A stretch of DNA of 64,000 bases from Macrostomum hystrix (Eukaryota > Animalia > Platyhelminthes), in contig CATNEN010000012.1 in the NCBI GenBank assembly GCA_950097015.1, positions 248,001 through 312,000 on the forward strand, read 5' to 3'. Position 1 is the stretch's first letter. Every line of letters starts with the position of its first letter. The notes beneath the pieces were generated by a model. That model worked only from the letters and a program-made list of their open reading frames with translations, was not told the DNA's origin and made no database searches. Positions 51,418 to 63,192 of the stretch are shown piece after piece. The position numbers were made by a program, and so were the translations under genes.

Positions 51418-52120
51418 CTAGACTTTTCTTAAGTCCTTTTCATCCACCCACCCGGTGGAGTTGTAGCCGGCCCACTTCACAAGATATCGGATTTTTCCAT
51501 GACGTTTCTCAGTCTTCAAAATCTTTTCAATCACATACAACCGCTGTGAGTCCGGAACAGCCTGCAGCTCATGCTCATGGAAGAGGCCTCGAATCTCTTC
51601 CCCCTTCATGTCTCTAATCTTGTACATGTACGGGTAGTGCTTCGGGGCCCTGGCCACCACAGTGTACACTTCCTCGCTCCAGTTGGCATTGTAGCCCTTT
51701 CGGAACACCCTGGGTGCATTGGAAATCCTCACTAACTGATTGTCGCAGAATTTCGGCTTCTTCAGCTTCTCTATTGTCTCAATTGCTTTCCCATCGTACA
51801 GGTTCATCCAGACCTCAGATTCATTCTCTTTGCAGACGCTTGTTGGCGCCATTTTTATGCTTCTATGGTAAGTGCTGTTGTAGGACTTCACTAGCTTGGA
51901 CAGCACGTCAACCCAGTGCAGGGTGCTTTTGTACGTGAAATACCGCCACATTTTGCTCTTCAGAGTTCTGTTCCATCGCTCAATGATGGCTGCTTTCTGC
52001 TCACTATTGGTTGGGAAAGCCAGAATCCCCCGCTCTATGCAGAATTGGCGAAAAGTAGTGTTGAGAAACTCTTTCCCCTGATCTGTGCGGACTGTGCGAG
52101 GCTGGCGTGGAGAGGGGCTT
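51418..52120 (-). mobile_element. Maverick/Polinton retroviral-like integrase with chromodomain, 5'-truncated
   Basis: TDQGKEF, KAAIIERWNRTLK, YNSTYHRSIKMAP, KGYNANWSEEVY, chromodomain YVIEKIL...YLVKWAGY. Confidence 0.88.
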
Positions 52121-52306
52121 AAATAAGACAATAAATAAGTTTTAGCTGCAACTAAGGTGCTGAATGGACTAAAAGTACATTAGGAACGCAAGACTAAGAA
52201 TTGGAGGAATATACTTGTAATTCCGACAGCTATGGTCAGTGTTGGAAGCAGTTGTTCAGTCAATGGTAAAAAATACAATAGCTCTCCGCGTGTTTCATTT
52301 CCTCAG

Positions 52307-55300
52307 TCTCCCAGTCTGCACGTGACTCTGGCAAGATTCCTGCTGACCCATCACGCCAGCGTTGGCAAGGACGCACTCCAATTCCTAACTCCGCTTTACA
52401 CAGTCTGTCTGGATCGCCTAGTGTGCTCACAAGAGTTCGGCTTGGAATTATTGCGCTTCACTGCGGACAATGTGGAATCCCTGTGCTGGGATTACGGTGT
52501 CACTGTGCGCCATTTTCCCAGCCTGATCAAACTCTTGGCCCGCTGGCCTTCAACATTCGCTGACACATTCGCCGATAGAATCCTGCCGGCCTGCCTGTCC
52601 CCTACATGCTGTCTGGAGCTGCTGCACTGCCTAATTGACCTGCCCTGCCTGGCCGCCATGTACGAACTGAATCGGATGCAACCTTTGGGCCCGGAATTTG
52701 TGGCTAAATTGCCGGAAAATGTGAGCACATTGTTTAACCCATGCTAATAATAATAATAATAGTTGCAGGAGGGCTTCGGGCAATGGCTCATCATTTGGTG
52801 TCAGTAGACCCGCAGCCAGTGAGGAGGCAATTCTGCCCATTTCGCTGACTCATGAGCACACACGCACACAGATGCCGTACGCAGGCACACGCTCACACAT
52901 ATGTGACATCTGCCCTGACTTTCTCATCGTCAGGCAGTGTACACTTCACTGTGCCTTGGAGGTTGGCCCTCAAGGGTGCAAATTGCACGACAAGCCCCCA
53001 AGCCTTCTCTCTGCGGCTGCGCCCCAAATGAATTTGGCCTCGCCGCGGAATCGAGCTCAGGGACCTTGGTGCGAGATGGTGACTGCGTTAACCACTCTGC
53101 CACCGACCCCCTAAACAGATCGTTGAATGTTTAGTAATGGCATCTAACCGATGTGGGGCCAAAGGCTGCTTGCAGCTGTTCAGTCCATGGACTGGGAGGG
53201 AGGCACCGCAACAATCTACAGTCCTAAATGCTGTAATAAATGATTTTACAGCTCGGTAAACTGATGCAATTTGAAATTTTGTCTGGCTTCTAGGACACAA
53301 AGTGTTTCCACTGGATTGAGATTCGAACTCGGGACCTCTCGATTAGGAGTCAGAGAAGCTTTAAGTCAAACCACTGAACTACAAAGTCCTGACATCCCAA
53401 CCTCCCTATCTTTTAAGTAAGAAGGTTGCGGATCAAATATGGGTATCAGGTTCGCAGAAAGTAAGTTAACATCAATTTTAGGGATAAATGCTTGCCTTAG
53501 CTGACCCGATCTCTGCCACCAAAATTAAAATTATAAAAGCCATCCCGGCCAATAATAATAGCAGCAAAATATAAATACACCTGTCGCAGGTGCAACCGTT
53601 CGCATTGTTTCTAACCCGCGACACATCCGGCAACGGCGACACAGCCGCTAGACTAGAATTATTTTTCGACTATTTGTCTAGTCAGCTGCAGAATCCGCAG
53701 CAGCAGCAGCAGCAGCAGCCGCGCCTTAGAATCGGAGGTCCTCTTGTCGCCGCTGCCTGCACTGCTAGCCTACGCCTGTTAGACGAATTCACCGATCTGA
53801 TACTGCTGCTGACATCGCAGCCAGATGATGCCGATTGCGACGATGATAAATGCGGCGGCGGCAGCGTCGACTGTCTCAGCCGGATGCTGCCGGCACTGGC
53901 CGAGCGCAGCCTGCTGGTGTTTGGCGGGCATCGACACGCCGACGCCGTGGCCAGACGTCTGGCCCGTCTAGCCCGACGCCTGATTGATCGTCGGCCGCGG
54001 GCGCTACTGGATCAGCTAGACGAATGCTTGGACTTTGCCGCCGCGCAGTGGAAGCGAGCGATCGGTCGAGCGATGCCAATGTACCTGACGCTGCTGTGGG
54101 GCTTCGGCGAGGCTTGCAGGCGAGGCAGCAGCGACGGAGCCGATGGAAGCGGCGGTGATGCAGGTCTGCTTGAAGCCGCTGAGCAAAACGGCGAAAGCGA
54201 GGCTCAACGCATCGCCAGACTGTACGAGAGTCTCGAGCTGTTGGCCTTCGAAATTCTTGCCTCCAGGCTCGGCTGGGCCGCCCTGCCGCCCAGGTTCTGG
54301 TGCTGCCTGGCCACCGCGCTGGCCAAGGTTGCCTGCTCCGTGCAGGTTTGTCAGGGGCGAGTGGGTCAGCGGCTAGCGTCGCTGCCTCGCACTCCAATGG
54401 ACGCTAGTTCGATTCTCCCTTCAAGTCACGATTAATTTCGGGACTTGTTGGAGGGTTTGGACAGTAGCGACCGGCGGAGGTGCACCATATTTCGTGCAAT
54501 CAAAGCTTGAAATAATAGCTTCGCTCCTACCTTCTGTGTGCCTGTTCTGCGTTGTGTGAGTTGTGTGCGTTGGCGCTGGGGCGTGAGGCCTTGGGGGGGT
54601 GGCTGGGGGGGCGGGTTTACACCGCCGCGCGCTTTCTGGATTTCCGTCAGCGCGATTGGATAAGTGTACACTCATCACCCGCCCCCCCCTGAGGACTGAT
54701 TTCTTATCAGCCTTCCCCCCGGCTTGGTCTGCTCTATGCGTACTTCCACAGCTATCAGCAATGCTTCCACAGCTGATAGCAATACTTCCACAGCTTCCAT
54801 AGCAATACTTCCACAGCTTCCATAGCAATACTTCCACAGCTTCCATAGCAATACTTCCACAGCTGATACCAATGCTTCCACAGCTGGGGTGGGGGGCACT
54901 GCTGCCTATTCTGGGTGCCTCCTGCCCTCCCCGGCTGGTCTGTGCTGCTGTGTGTGGTGCCTGCTCAGGGGAGGCGGCGTGATGGGCGCTAAGCGCCTAG
55001 TTCGCCGGTCTGGGGCGTGCCGCTCCGTCGCTTGTGCGACAAGTGCCCCGGGCCCCCCTGCAAATAGATAGAGTGCAGGTTTGTCTGGCGCAATGCATCC
55101 ACAGCTGATAGCAATGCTTCCACAGCTGATAGCAATGCTTCCACAGCTGATACCAATGCACCCACAGCTGATACCAATACTTCCACAGCTGGCAATGTTC
55201 TAATGCTATATAGGGTATAATGCTGCGTGCTATTACGAGTTATAGGTATAGGTTTCTTACAAATGTTCCCTTAAGCAGAATCTTGTTGTTTCTCCATTTG

Positions 55301-55606
55301 GAGCCAGTCCTGCCGCACCAACCACCTTCAATTTAGGACAATCTGCACCGATGCCTGCTGGTGCTAACAAAGATTCGCACCTACGCTGAGTCCTGCCCGC
55401 CCTCTCCAGACTGCAGCTACGCAGAAATTCAATGCCTGCTAACTAGACTAAGCGAATTGCTTGCCCTGTTGCGCCAGCCAACCGTGGGACCGCACGTTCT
55501 CCAACCGGATTGGTCACTAGCCTTAGAGGGCCTGCGTGCGCACGAGAATCCGCAGTCTGTGGCTAGGGTTACGCAACTGGTGACGCGTCTTGGCTTGGGA
55601 CAGTAA
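52307..55606 (+). CDS. AP5Z1: AP-5 complex subunit zeta, exons 4-6 (52307-52720, 53590-54345, 55337-55606)
   Basis: FPSLIKLLA...LELLHCLIDLPCL, YESLELLAFE, LATALAKVA, RLSELLALLRQP match the AP5Z1 C-terminal region; phase-0 GT-AG junctions. Confidence 0.85.
52765..53112 (-). mobile_element. tRNA-derived SINE, family A copy
   Basis: Minus strand TGGCAGAGTGG (A box), GAGCTCGATTCC (B box), (TTA)n tail; aligns with 795-1095. Confidence 0.8.
53290..53385 (-). mobile_element. tRNA-derived SINE head, family D
   Basis: Minus strand TAGTTCAGTGG...GAGTTCGAATC followed by GGAAACACTTTGTGTCC. Confidence 0.5.
54353..55072 (+). mobile_element. tRNA-derived SINE, family B copy 2, 13-bp TSD, with internal minisatellite
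   Basis: TSD gtgcaggtttgtc at 54340-54352 and 55073-55085; aligns with 10465-11050; 21-23-bp repeats at about 54742-54885. Confidence 0.85.
55095..55195. repeat. 21-bp minisatellite (gcaatgcttccacagctgata)
   Basis: Same unit as the array inside the neighbouring SINE. Confidence 0.85.
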
Positions 55607-56049
55607 AATTATGCGAATTATTATCCGTAATATGCAGAGTCGAACCATTGACCTTGCAGTGCAGTGCTACTCATTCCCTCACTCCCTCGCCATGGATATA
55701 TATGTTCAACTCGTTATAAAAATTTGATAAATGCCAAGATGCATAAGGATATTTTTACCCTTATCTAGGAGTCCCTGCATTGTTTCTAGTTCCATTGATT
55801 GATAATTGTACATATATAAATAGCAATCACTACAATATCTTTCAAACTGTTCCACTTTTTATCTGGCTTCCAACTGTGATTCCCAACATGGATTACTATT
55901 GCGAATTAAATATATAAAACTGTGAGTAAATTTCTGCTGGACTATCTTGTGTTCTCGTCTTTGATATTTTTTTCTATTTGCTCTTAGTTTAAGCCAGTCA
56001 GTTAAGATATATATTTTGTCTTGAGTTCGCTCATAAGTTACTCTACCTC

Positions 56050-56625
56050 AACTTGCCTGTCTTTTACCTGCCTGTGTCTCGACTTGCCTGCCTTTTACCT
56101 GCCTGTGTCTTAACTTCCCTGTCTTTTACCTGCCTGTGTCTCAACTTCCCTGTCTTTTACCTGCCTGTGTCTCGACTTACCTGCCTTTTACCTGCCTGTG
56201 TCTCAACTTCCCTGTCTTTTACCTGCCTGTGTCTCAACTTCCCTGTCTTTTACCTGCCTGTGTCTCAACTTCCCTGTCTTTTACCTGCCTGTGTCTCGAC
56301 TTGCCTGCCTTTTACCTGCCTGTGTCTCAACTTCCCTGTCTTTTACCTGCCTGTGTCTCAACTTCCCTGTATTTTACCTGCCTGTGTCTCAAATTCCCTG
56401 TCTTTTACCTGCCTGTGTCTCAAATTCCCTGTCTTTTACCTGCCTGTGTCTGGACTTGTCTGTCTTTTACCTGCCTGTGTCTGGATTTGTCTGTCTTTTA
56501 CCTGCCTGTGTCTGGACTTGCCTGTCTTTTACCTGCCTGTGTCTGGACTTGTCTGTCTTTTACCTGCCTGTGTCTGGACTTGCCTGTCTTTTACCTGCTT
56601 GTGTCTAGACTTGCCTGTCTTTTTA
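56050..56625. repeat. 31-bp minisatellite (cctgtcttttacctgcctgtgtctcaacttc)
   Basis: Tandem units visible. Confidence 0.95.
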
Positions 56626-56805
56626 CTTTTCTTTCTCTACTATATGATAGATAGTACATAGTCTAGTAGTAGTTATGTAGTATCAGTAATTTAGCTAGAT
56701 GTTTGTACTTTATTATTTTTCGACCGTTATTAGACCGTCATTAAGACGTATGCTTATTCAGAATTGTACACAACACACAAATCTACAGAACAAAGGGGTA
56801 CAGAA

Positions 56806-58584
56806 ATGTATGTCCCGCTGCTCATTCTGCTATGCTCAATCAGCGCCGTGCCGATTAGCTTCGCATGTAACTACTGGCGGGCCGAGCTCACTGAGACGGC
56901 CATCTTGGCCATCGGTGTTGGCGTGCTCTCCGGCATCTGCGTTGTAGTCTGGCTTGGCCTGGATCGCGGCAAACCAACTGAGCCTCTGTACTTTCTATTC
57001 GCCCTAGGCTGCTTCGGCTGCGTTATCGACCTACTAATCTCCATGAATATGGACGGCTTTGTCTACGGCTTCGCCGATTTCTACCTGGAGAAAGGGGAAT
57101 CCTATTTAAAAACATCCCACGGCCTCTATATCAACTATTGGGACGGTGTGGTGCACTACGCCCTGTATCTATACATGGTGACCGCCATCTATTGGAATGG
57201 AAACTATAGGCAGGCTAGCCTGTACTGGTTCGGCTCCATGATGAATAGTATCATTGTGTTACTAGCCGGCGCCGCATGCGGCCCGCACCAGCTGCGGCCG
57301 GCTCTGCTGCTCAATGTGCCATTCGCACTATATCCCCTCTATGTGCTGCACAGGGCATTGCGCACCGCCGACTGGTCCGACAATGGATTGCGGCCCGCCT
57401 GTCTGGCCGGCCTAAGGACTAGGTGCGAACTTGTTTGAATGCCTGTTGAGATCCTATTCTATGTGGAATTATTCTGCGCAAGAGATTTCACTAGACTCCA
57501 CTGTGTCTCAAGACTGTAATGACTTCAATGAAAATCAAATATATTAGCCAAGAGCTGAAGCTGTGGAGCTGAAGGGTAAAAATAGTAAGGAGGGTCAGAG
57601 AGTAGAATCTGAAAAGAAGGGGGTGAAAAAAAATAGAGAAGAACAGCTAGCCAATCACAGACGAGCGAGGAAAGAGGTGAAGGTTAGCTAAGAAGTTAAA
57701 CAAATATAGGGTGAGAGATGAGAAAGTACTATTAGAGAGCGCGCGAGCGTAGACAAACACACAGAGAAAGGTGAACTAATAACAAAGACTATTAATACCA
57801 GGAAACAAGATCTATCGCTAATGCTGAGAGATGCTATCTTAGATCCTATTTTCTAGGATTAATAATAATTCGAGGGATGTAATTGGATCCCATTCTCTGT
57901 GATAAATACTTCTGAGAGATGTGATCTTACGAGTAGATTCCATTTTCTGGAAATTATAATCCCAAGAGACTTTATTAATTAGCTCGTAACCTAAAATCGT
58001 TTCCCCGACCCAAATCCAGGCGCTACCCCAGCTTAGTTGATGCCAGCCTCGCCGCTGCCTGCCTAGCAATCGCCGGCCTATGCCTGTTCCGAGCTGTTGC
58101 GGCCAGCGGTTGCGCCCACCCAGCCTGTCGGTTCGTAGCCGCTAAAGTCGATCCCTACAGCGGCGACGCCGAAAAATTTCCCCTATTCCAATTGTTGACT
58201 AACGCCTTCATGCTAGCGCCGTTCCTATTAGCCGTTGCTAGGGCTCTATTTGCCCCGGATACGGCGCTCAATGTGCGCGCCCTACTCGACTGGTCTCTGG
58301 TAGCCGCCGGCGCCGCCGCTCAAGGCCAGTTCGCCTACACACTGGCGCCGTTTCACCTGCGCACACCGTTTGCCAAACGAGTTCCGCCTGATGCCTCTCT
58401 GCGCTACCTATTTCTAATTATCAACATTTGCGTAGTTATTGTGCCTCACCTGGTACTGCTGCGCATGCGACGCCTAAACAAGGAGCTGCAGGTCTCTGGC
58501 AACACTGCCGGAGCGACTACTCACAGTAGTACTACCAGCGAAACAGCTGGACACTCCGCTGATATTAGAAAGAAAGTTCGTTGA
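56806..58584 (+). CDS. TM6SF1: TM6SF1/2-like EXPERA-domain membrane protein; exons 56806-57422, 58020-58584
   Basis: FYLEKGESYLKTSHG..INYWDGVVHY, YWFGS, AQGQFAY, RVP motifs; phase-2 junction AG|G. Confidence 0.85.
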
Positions 58585-59300
58585 TGTGTACTACACTACT
58601 AACTCAAGTAGTAGCGCCTGCAATTCTTAACAGAAAAATGGTTAAGAAAGTTATGAAATTTGCCAAACGATTGCTCTATAGTCCTGTAATTTGCAAGAAA
58701 TAGTCTTTGTTAATTGAAAACTAACAATCTTAGAACTTATTGAATGAAATGAAAAGATTTAGAATCTTTTATTTTTGATTTCGGTACTAGCAGACTTTTT
58801 AACTACTTTGCTCAAGATTCTATTCTTAAACTTAGTTTGCTTGTACCAGCACATTTTACCTCTCCATCAATAAACAAGCACTCTAACAAGCCATTTGGAT
58901 TTGCAGCGAAGGAATATTGTTTAGTTCCAGTTTAGCATTGACTTGTCATTATTTCTTTACTTGATATCCAATATAGCCTCTTTATAGATTGCAATAGTGG
59001 ATTAACAATCAAACATTTCCTACATTGTAATTCGTTTTTTGGTAGTCGAACCGATATGTTGCAAAAAATATAACATCATCTTTGTTATACAATCGATCTA
59101 TAAAATATGCGTTGAAAGATTATGTATTATTCTTCTGTAATCAAAATCGAAAACAGGCAACACAAATTTAGCAATACTGACAGACTATTATCCGACATGT
59201 TTTAGAATTCCGCAGCCACTAGTAAGCCGATACGTATCGAAAATCTAACATGAATCACATTAATTTTACTTTTACCAATCCGCACGTCTAAAAACTCCAG

Positions 59301-60437
59301 GCGCAAGTTCTCAGCGATCTGCTCTGGTCTGAGCGCTTCTGGTTCCCGGCCAATGTCACGTGGGACACTCTGGCCGCCGAGACCGACTTCGAGTCCGGCT
59401 CAGGTCAGAGGTTCGCGCCCCGTCCGCGCCACCTTATCGCCTCGGCAGCCTGCGGCGTAGGCATTCATCTGATGCGTCGAGCTCTTGAACGCTGGGTCCT
59501 GGAACCTCTGGGCTGTTGTCTCGGCCTGTATGCTGGCTCAGTGAATCAGCCGCCTGAGAGAAACGACACGCTGGAGGCTCTCTACCGTGGCGCCAGTCGT
59601 CGCCCGGACAAATCGGCCACGATGGCTGCAGCCAAGCAGCTGGGCTGGCCAGTGCGCAGCGTGGAACGCTGGCTTAGACGCCGGCGCAACGCGGATAAGT
59701 CGTCCACTCTGAAGAAGTTTGTCGAGAGCGCCTGGTTTATTGTCTATTATTGTTTGGCCCTCGCGTTTGGCGCCGCCGTGCTGTTGCGGCAGCCGTTCTT
59801 CTGGAACACGCGCCTCTGCTGGCTGGGCTGGCCGCATCTGCACGTGGCCTGGCCAGTCCGGTGCTACTACACAATCCAGTTGGGCTTCTATCTGGCCTCA
59901 TTATACAGCGTATTTCACGATGTTAAACGCAAAGATTTTGCCGAAATGCTGCTGCATCACCTGGTGACGGTGTGGCTAGTAGCCTTCAGCTGGTGCGTTA
60001 ACTTCGTCCGCATCGGCGCGCTGATCCTGCTGCTGCACGACATTGTCGACCCGCTTCTGCACATTGCCAAATGCCTCGGCTACGCCAACAAGCGACCAGC
60101 CTGCGACTGCGTCTTCTTCGCCTTCTACATTGGCTGGTTTGTCACTAGGCTGATTGTGTTTCCAATTTGGCTATTACGCAGCGCCTCAGTTGAAAGCTGG
60201 GCCGAACTGGGCCCGTTTGGCGCCTACTGGATATTCAACGGCTGCCTGTGCGTACTGCTGGTGCTGCACGCTGTCTGGTTCTACTTCATCTCGCGCATCG
60301 CTCTGCAGGCTTTCACTCACGGCAGCCTGCAGCGAGACACGCGTAGCGAGTCAGAAATGTCCGACGACGGTGAAAATGAAAATGGCGGCTGTGGAGATCA
60401 CAAAGAAGATAATAACGAAGGGAAAAAGCTGCGTTAG
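59301..60437 (+). CDS. CERS: Ceramide synthase (LAG1/TLC domain, homeobox-like remnant); start codon is not in this exon
   Basis: LWSERFWFPANVTW, ERWLRRRRN...KKFVES.W, Lag1 motif RKDFAEMLLHHLVT...LLHDIVD; frame open from the acceptor at 59300, in-frame TAA at 59289. Confidence 0.9.
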   Translation, partial: AQVLSDLLWSERFWFPANVTWDTLAAETDFESGSGQRFAPRPRHLIASAACGVGIHLMRRALERWVLEPLGCCLGLYAGSVNQPPERNDTLEALYRGASRRPDKSATMAAAKQLGWPVRSVERWLRRRRNADKSSTLKKFVESAWFIVYYCLALAFGAAVLLRQPFFWNTRLCWLGWPHLHVAWPVRCYYTIQLGFYLASLYSVFHDVKRKDFAEMLLHHLVTVWLVAFSWCVNFVRIGALILLLHDIVDPLLHIAKCLGYANKRPACDCVFFAFYIGWFVTRLIVFPIWLLRSASVESWAELGPFGAYWIFNGCLCVLLVLHAVWFYFISRIALQAFTHGSLQRDTRSESEMSDDGENENGGCGDHKEDNNEGKKLR

Positions 60438-60469
60438 GGTTTAGAATTGCAAGACTCACCAACAGACCA

Positions 60470-60925
60470 GGTCACCAAGCCAGATCCTCATATTGATGAG
60501 CAGTCACCATTCCTGATCCTCATATTGATGAGCAGTCACCATTCCTGATCCTCATATCAATGAGCAGTCACCATCCCTGATCCTCATATTGATGAGCAGT
60601 CACCATTCCTGATCCTCATATTGATGAGCAGTCACCATTCCTGATCCTCATATTGATGAGCAGTCACCATTCCTGATCCTCATATTGATGAGCAGTCACC
60701 ATTCCTGATCCTCATATTGATGAGCAGTCACCATTCCTGATCCTCATATTGATGAGCAGTCACCAAGCCAGATCCTCATATTGATGAGCAGTCACCATTC
60801 CTGATCCTCATATTGATGAGCAGTCACCATTCCTGATCCTCATATTGATGAGCAGTCACCATTCCTGATCCTCATATTGATGAGCAGTCACCATTCCTGA
60901 TCCTCATATTGATGAGCGGTCATCA
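60470..60925. repeat. 32-bp minisatellite (gatcctcatattgatgagcagtcaccattcct)
   Basis: Tandem units visible. Confidence 0.95.
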
Positions 60926-61689
60926 TTCCAGTCAAAACCCAAAATTAGTTTTTGTTTCCCCCTTAATTGTTGTGACATTTATTGAATTGTTGTTTTTTTA
61001 GACTTGCTCATTGTTAAGTAGTTAAGTAGTACTAATAGTAGTTTGTAGTTTAGTATTTATTTTTTAAGAACGCCAATTTTAGGAGGTTTTTGGCATTAGT
61101 TGTCTAGTTTTTCTCGCGCTATGAATAAATGACTTAATTATTATGCCAAGATGTGTCAGAAGTGCAAGAATTTTTTCTATATCTGTTTTTTCTTTGATGT
61201 TTTACCCTTTTCTACAATTTTTAAAAGCTTTTAATAGTTCACTTTTAATCTTCTCTGTTTTATAACTGCGCCTCTCTGCTCTTGAGCATTTTGTTTTGTT
61301 CCTCTTAGCTGGCTTATACAACTTCAATGTTTTTCACACATTGTGTCACATTTTTGTTGTTGTTGTTTAGTGAGATTTTAAACTCTGTTTAATTTTGTCT
61401 TGTTATTTCTGTGTTTCGAGCTTAAGCTGTGATCGGTTTTCTTTTATAAAGACAAATAAAATAGTCAGTTAGCAATAGACTTCCCCTTTTCATATGATTT
61501 AAATATCAATCTAGCACCATTGGAGACGCAGTTAAACGCCAGATTATTACTCTGTAAGATCCAGATTTACTGCACTTACCTAAATTTATTCTTAAGCTAG
61601 AAATTCCTAAGGATTTCTCATCTCAATGAAAATGGAGCCATCTCACGTGGAATAGTTTAGTTTAGAATAGTTTCTAACACATCATCTAC

Positions 61690-62985
61690 GACTCAAACGT
61701 TTCTGTGACGACTCAAACGCTTCTGTAGCGCCTCAGACGCTTCTCTAACGAATCAAACGCTTCTGTAGCGCCTCAGACGCTTCTCTAACGAATCAAACGC
61801 TTCTGTAGCGCCTCAGACGCTTCTCTAACGAATCAAACGCTTCTGTAGCGCCTCAGACGCTTCTCTAACGAATCAAACGCTTCTGTAGCGCCTCAGACGC
61901 TTCTCTAACGAATCAAACGCTTCTGTAGCGACTCAGACGCTTCTCTAACGAATCAAACGCTTCTGTAGCGCCTCAGACGCTTCTCTAACGAATCAAACGC
62001 TTCTGTAGCGCCTCAGACGCTTCTCTAACGAATCAAACGCTTCTGTAGCGACTCAGACGCTTCTCTAACGAATCAAACGCTTCTGTAGCGACTCAGACGC
62101 TTCTCTAACGAATCAAACGCTTCTGTAGCGCCTCAGACGCTTCTCTAACGAATCAAACGCTTCTGTAGCGACTCAGACGCTTCTCTAACGAATCAAACGC
62201 TTCTGTAGCGCCTCAGACGCTTCTCTAACGAATCAAACGCTTCTGTAGCGCCTCAGACGCTTCTCTAACGAATCAAACGCTTCTGTAGCGCCTCAGACGC
62301 TTCTCTAACGAATCAAACGCTTCTGTAGCGCCTCAGACGCTTCTCTAACGAATCAAACGCTTCTGTAGCGCCTCAGACGCTTCTCTAACGAATCAAACGC
62401 TTCTGTAGCGCCTCAGACGCTTCTCTAACGAATCAAACGCTTCTGTAGCGCCTCAGACGCTTCTCTAACGAATCAAACGCTTCTGTAGCGCCTCAGACGC
62501 TTCTCTAACGAATCAAACGCTTCTGTAGCGACTCAGACGCTTCTCTAACGAATCAAACGCTTCTGTAGCTCCTCAGACGCTTCTCTAACGAATCAAACGC
62601 TTCTGTAGCGCCTCAGACGCTTCTCTAACGAATCAAACGCTTCTGTAGCGCCTCAGACGCTTCTCTAACGAATCAAACGCTTCTGTAGCGACTCAGACGC
62701 TTCTCTAACGAATCAAACGCTTCTGTAGCGACTCAGACGCTTCTCTAACGAATCAAACGCTTCTGTAGCGCCTCAGACGCTTCTCTAACGAATCAAACGC
62801 TTCTGTAGCGACTCAGACGCTTCTCTAACGAATCAAACGCTTCTGTAGCGCCTCAGACGCTTCTCTAACGAATCAAACGCTTCTGTAGCGCCTCAGTCGC
62901 TTCTCTAACGAATCAAACGCTTCTGTAGCGACTCAGACGCTTCTCTAACGAATCAAACGCTTCTGTAGCGCCTCAAACGTGTCTC
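61690..62985. repeat. 40-bp minisatellite built from two diverged 20-mers (aatcaaacgcttctgtagcg/cctcagacgcttctctaacg)
   Basis: About 32 near-identical units, no spacers. Confidence 0.97.
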
Positions 62986-63192
62986 TCACACTGAGGCAAA
63001 CGTGTACAAACGTGAAAGCGTTTCGCGTTTAAAACACTTTGTAATGTGACACCCAGGTGTCTTGGCATCGTTCTCTTCCCTACTTTTGATGTGACTCAAG
63101 CGTTTCTAAGTCTGTCTAAGCTACGCCGATGTATTGATTTTTATTGATCTATTTAGAGTTCAGGTCATGCAAATTCAATGTGGCATTTCCAG

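Noticed and set aside
54685-54715. CTGAGGA followed by a ctgat/atcag hairpin in SINE B, hammerhead-like
   Set aside because: No GAAA after stem II, so the core is incomplete
60470-60925. TGATGAG plus a small hairpin in the 32-bp repeat, suggesting a hammerhead satellite
   Set aside because: No CUGA start and no GAAA core element on either strand
61690-62985. Regular 40-bp repeat array resembling a CRISPR array
   Set aside because: No unique spacers, no cas genes, eukaryotic context; simple minisatellite
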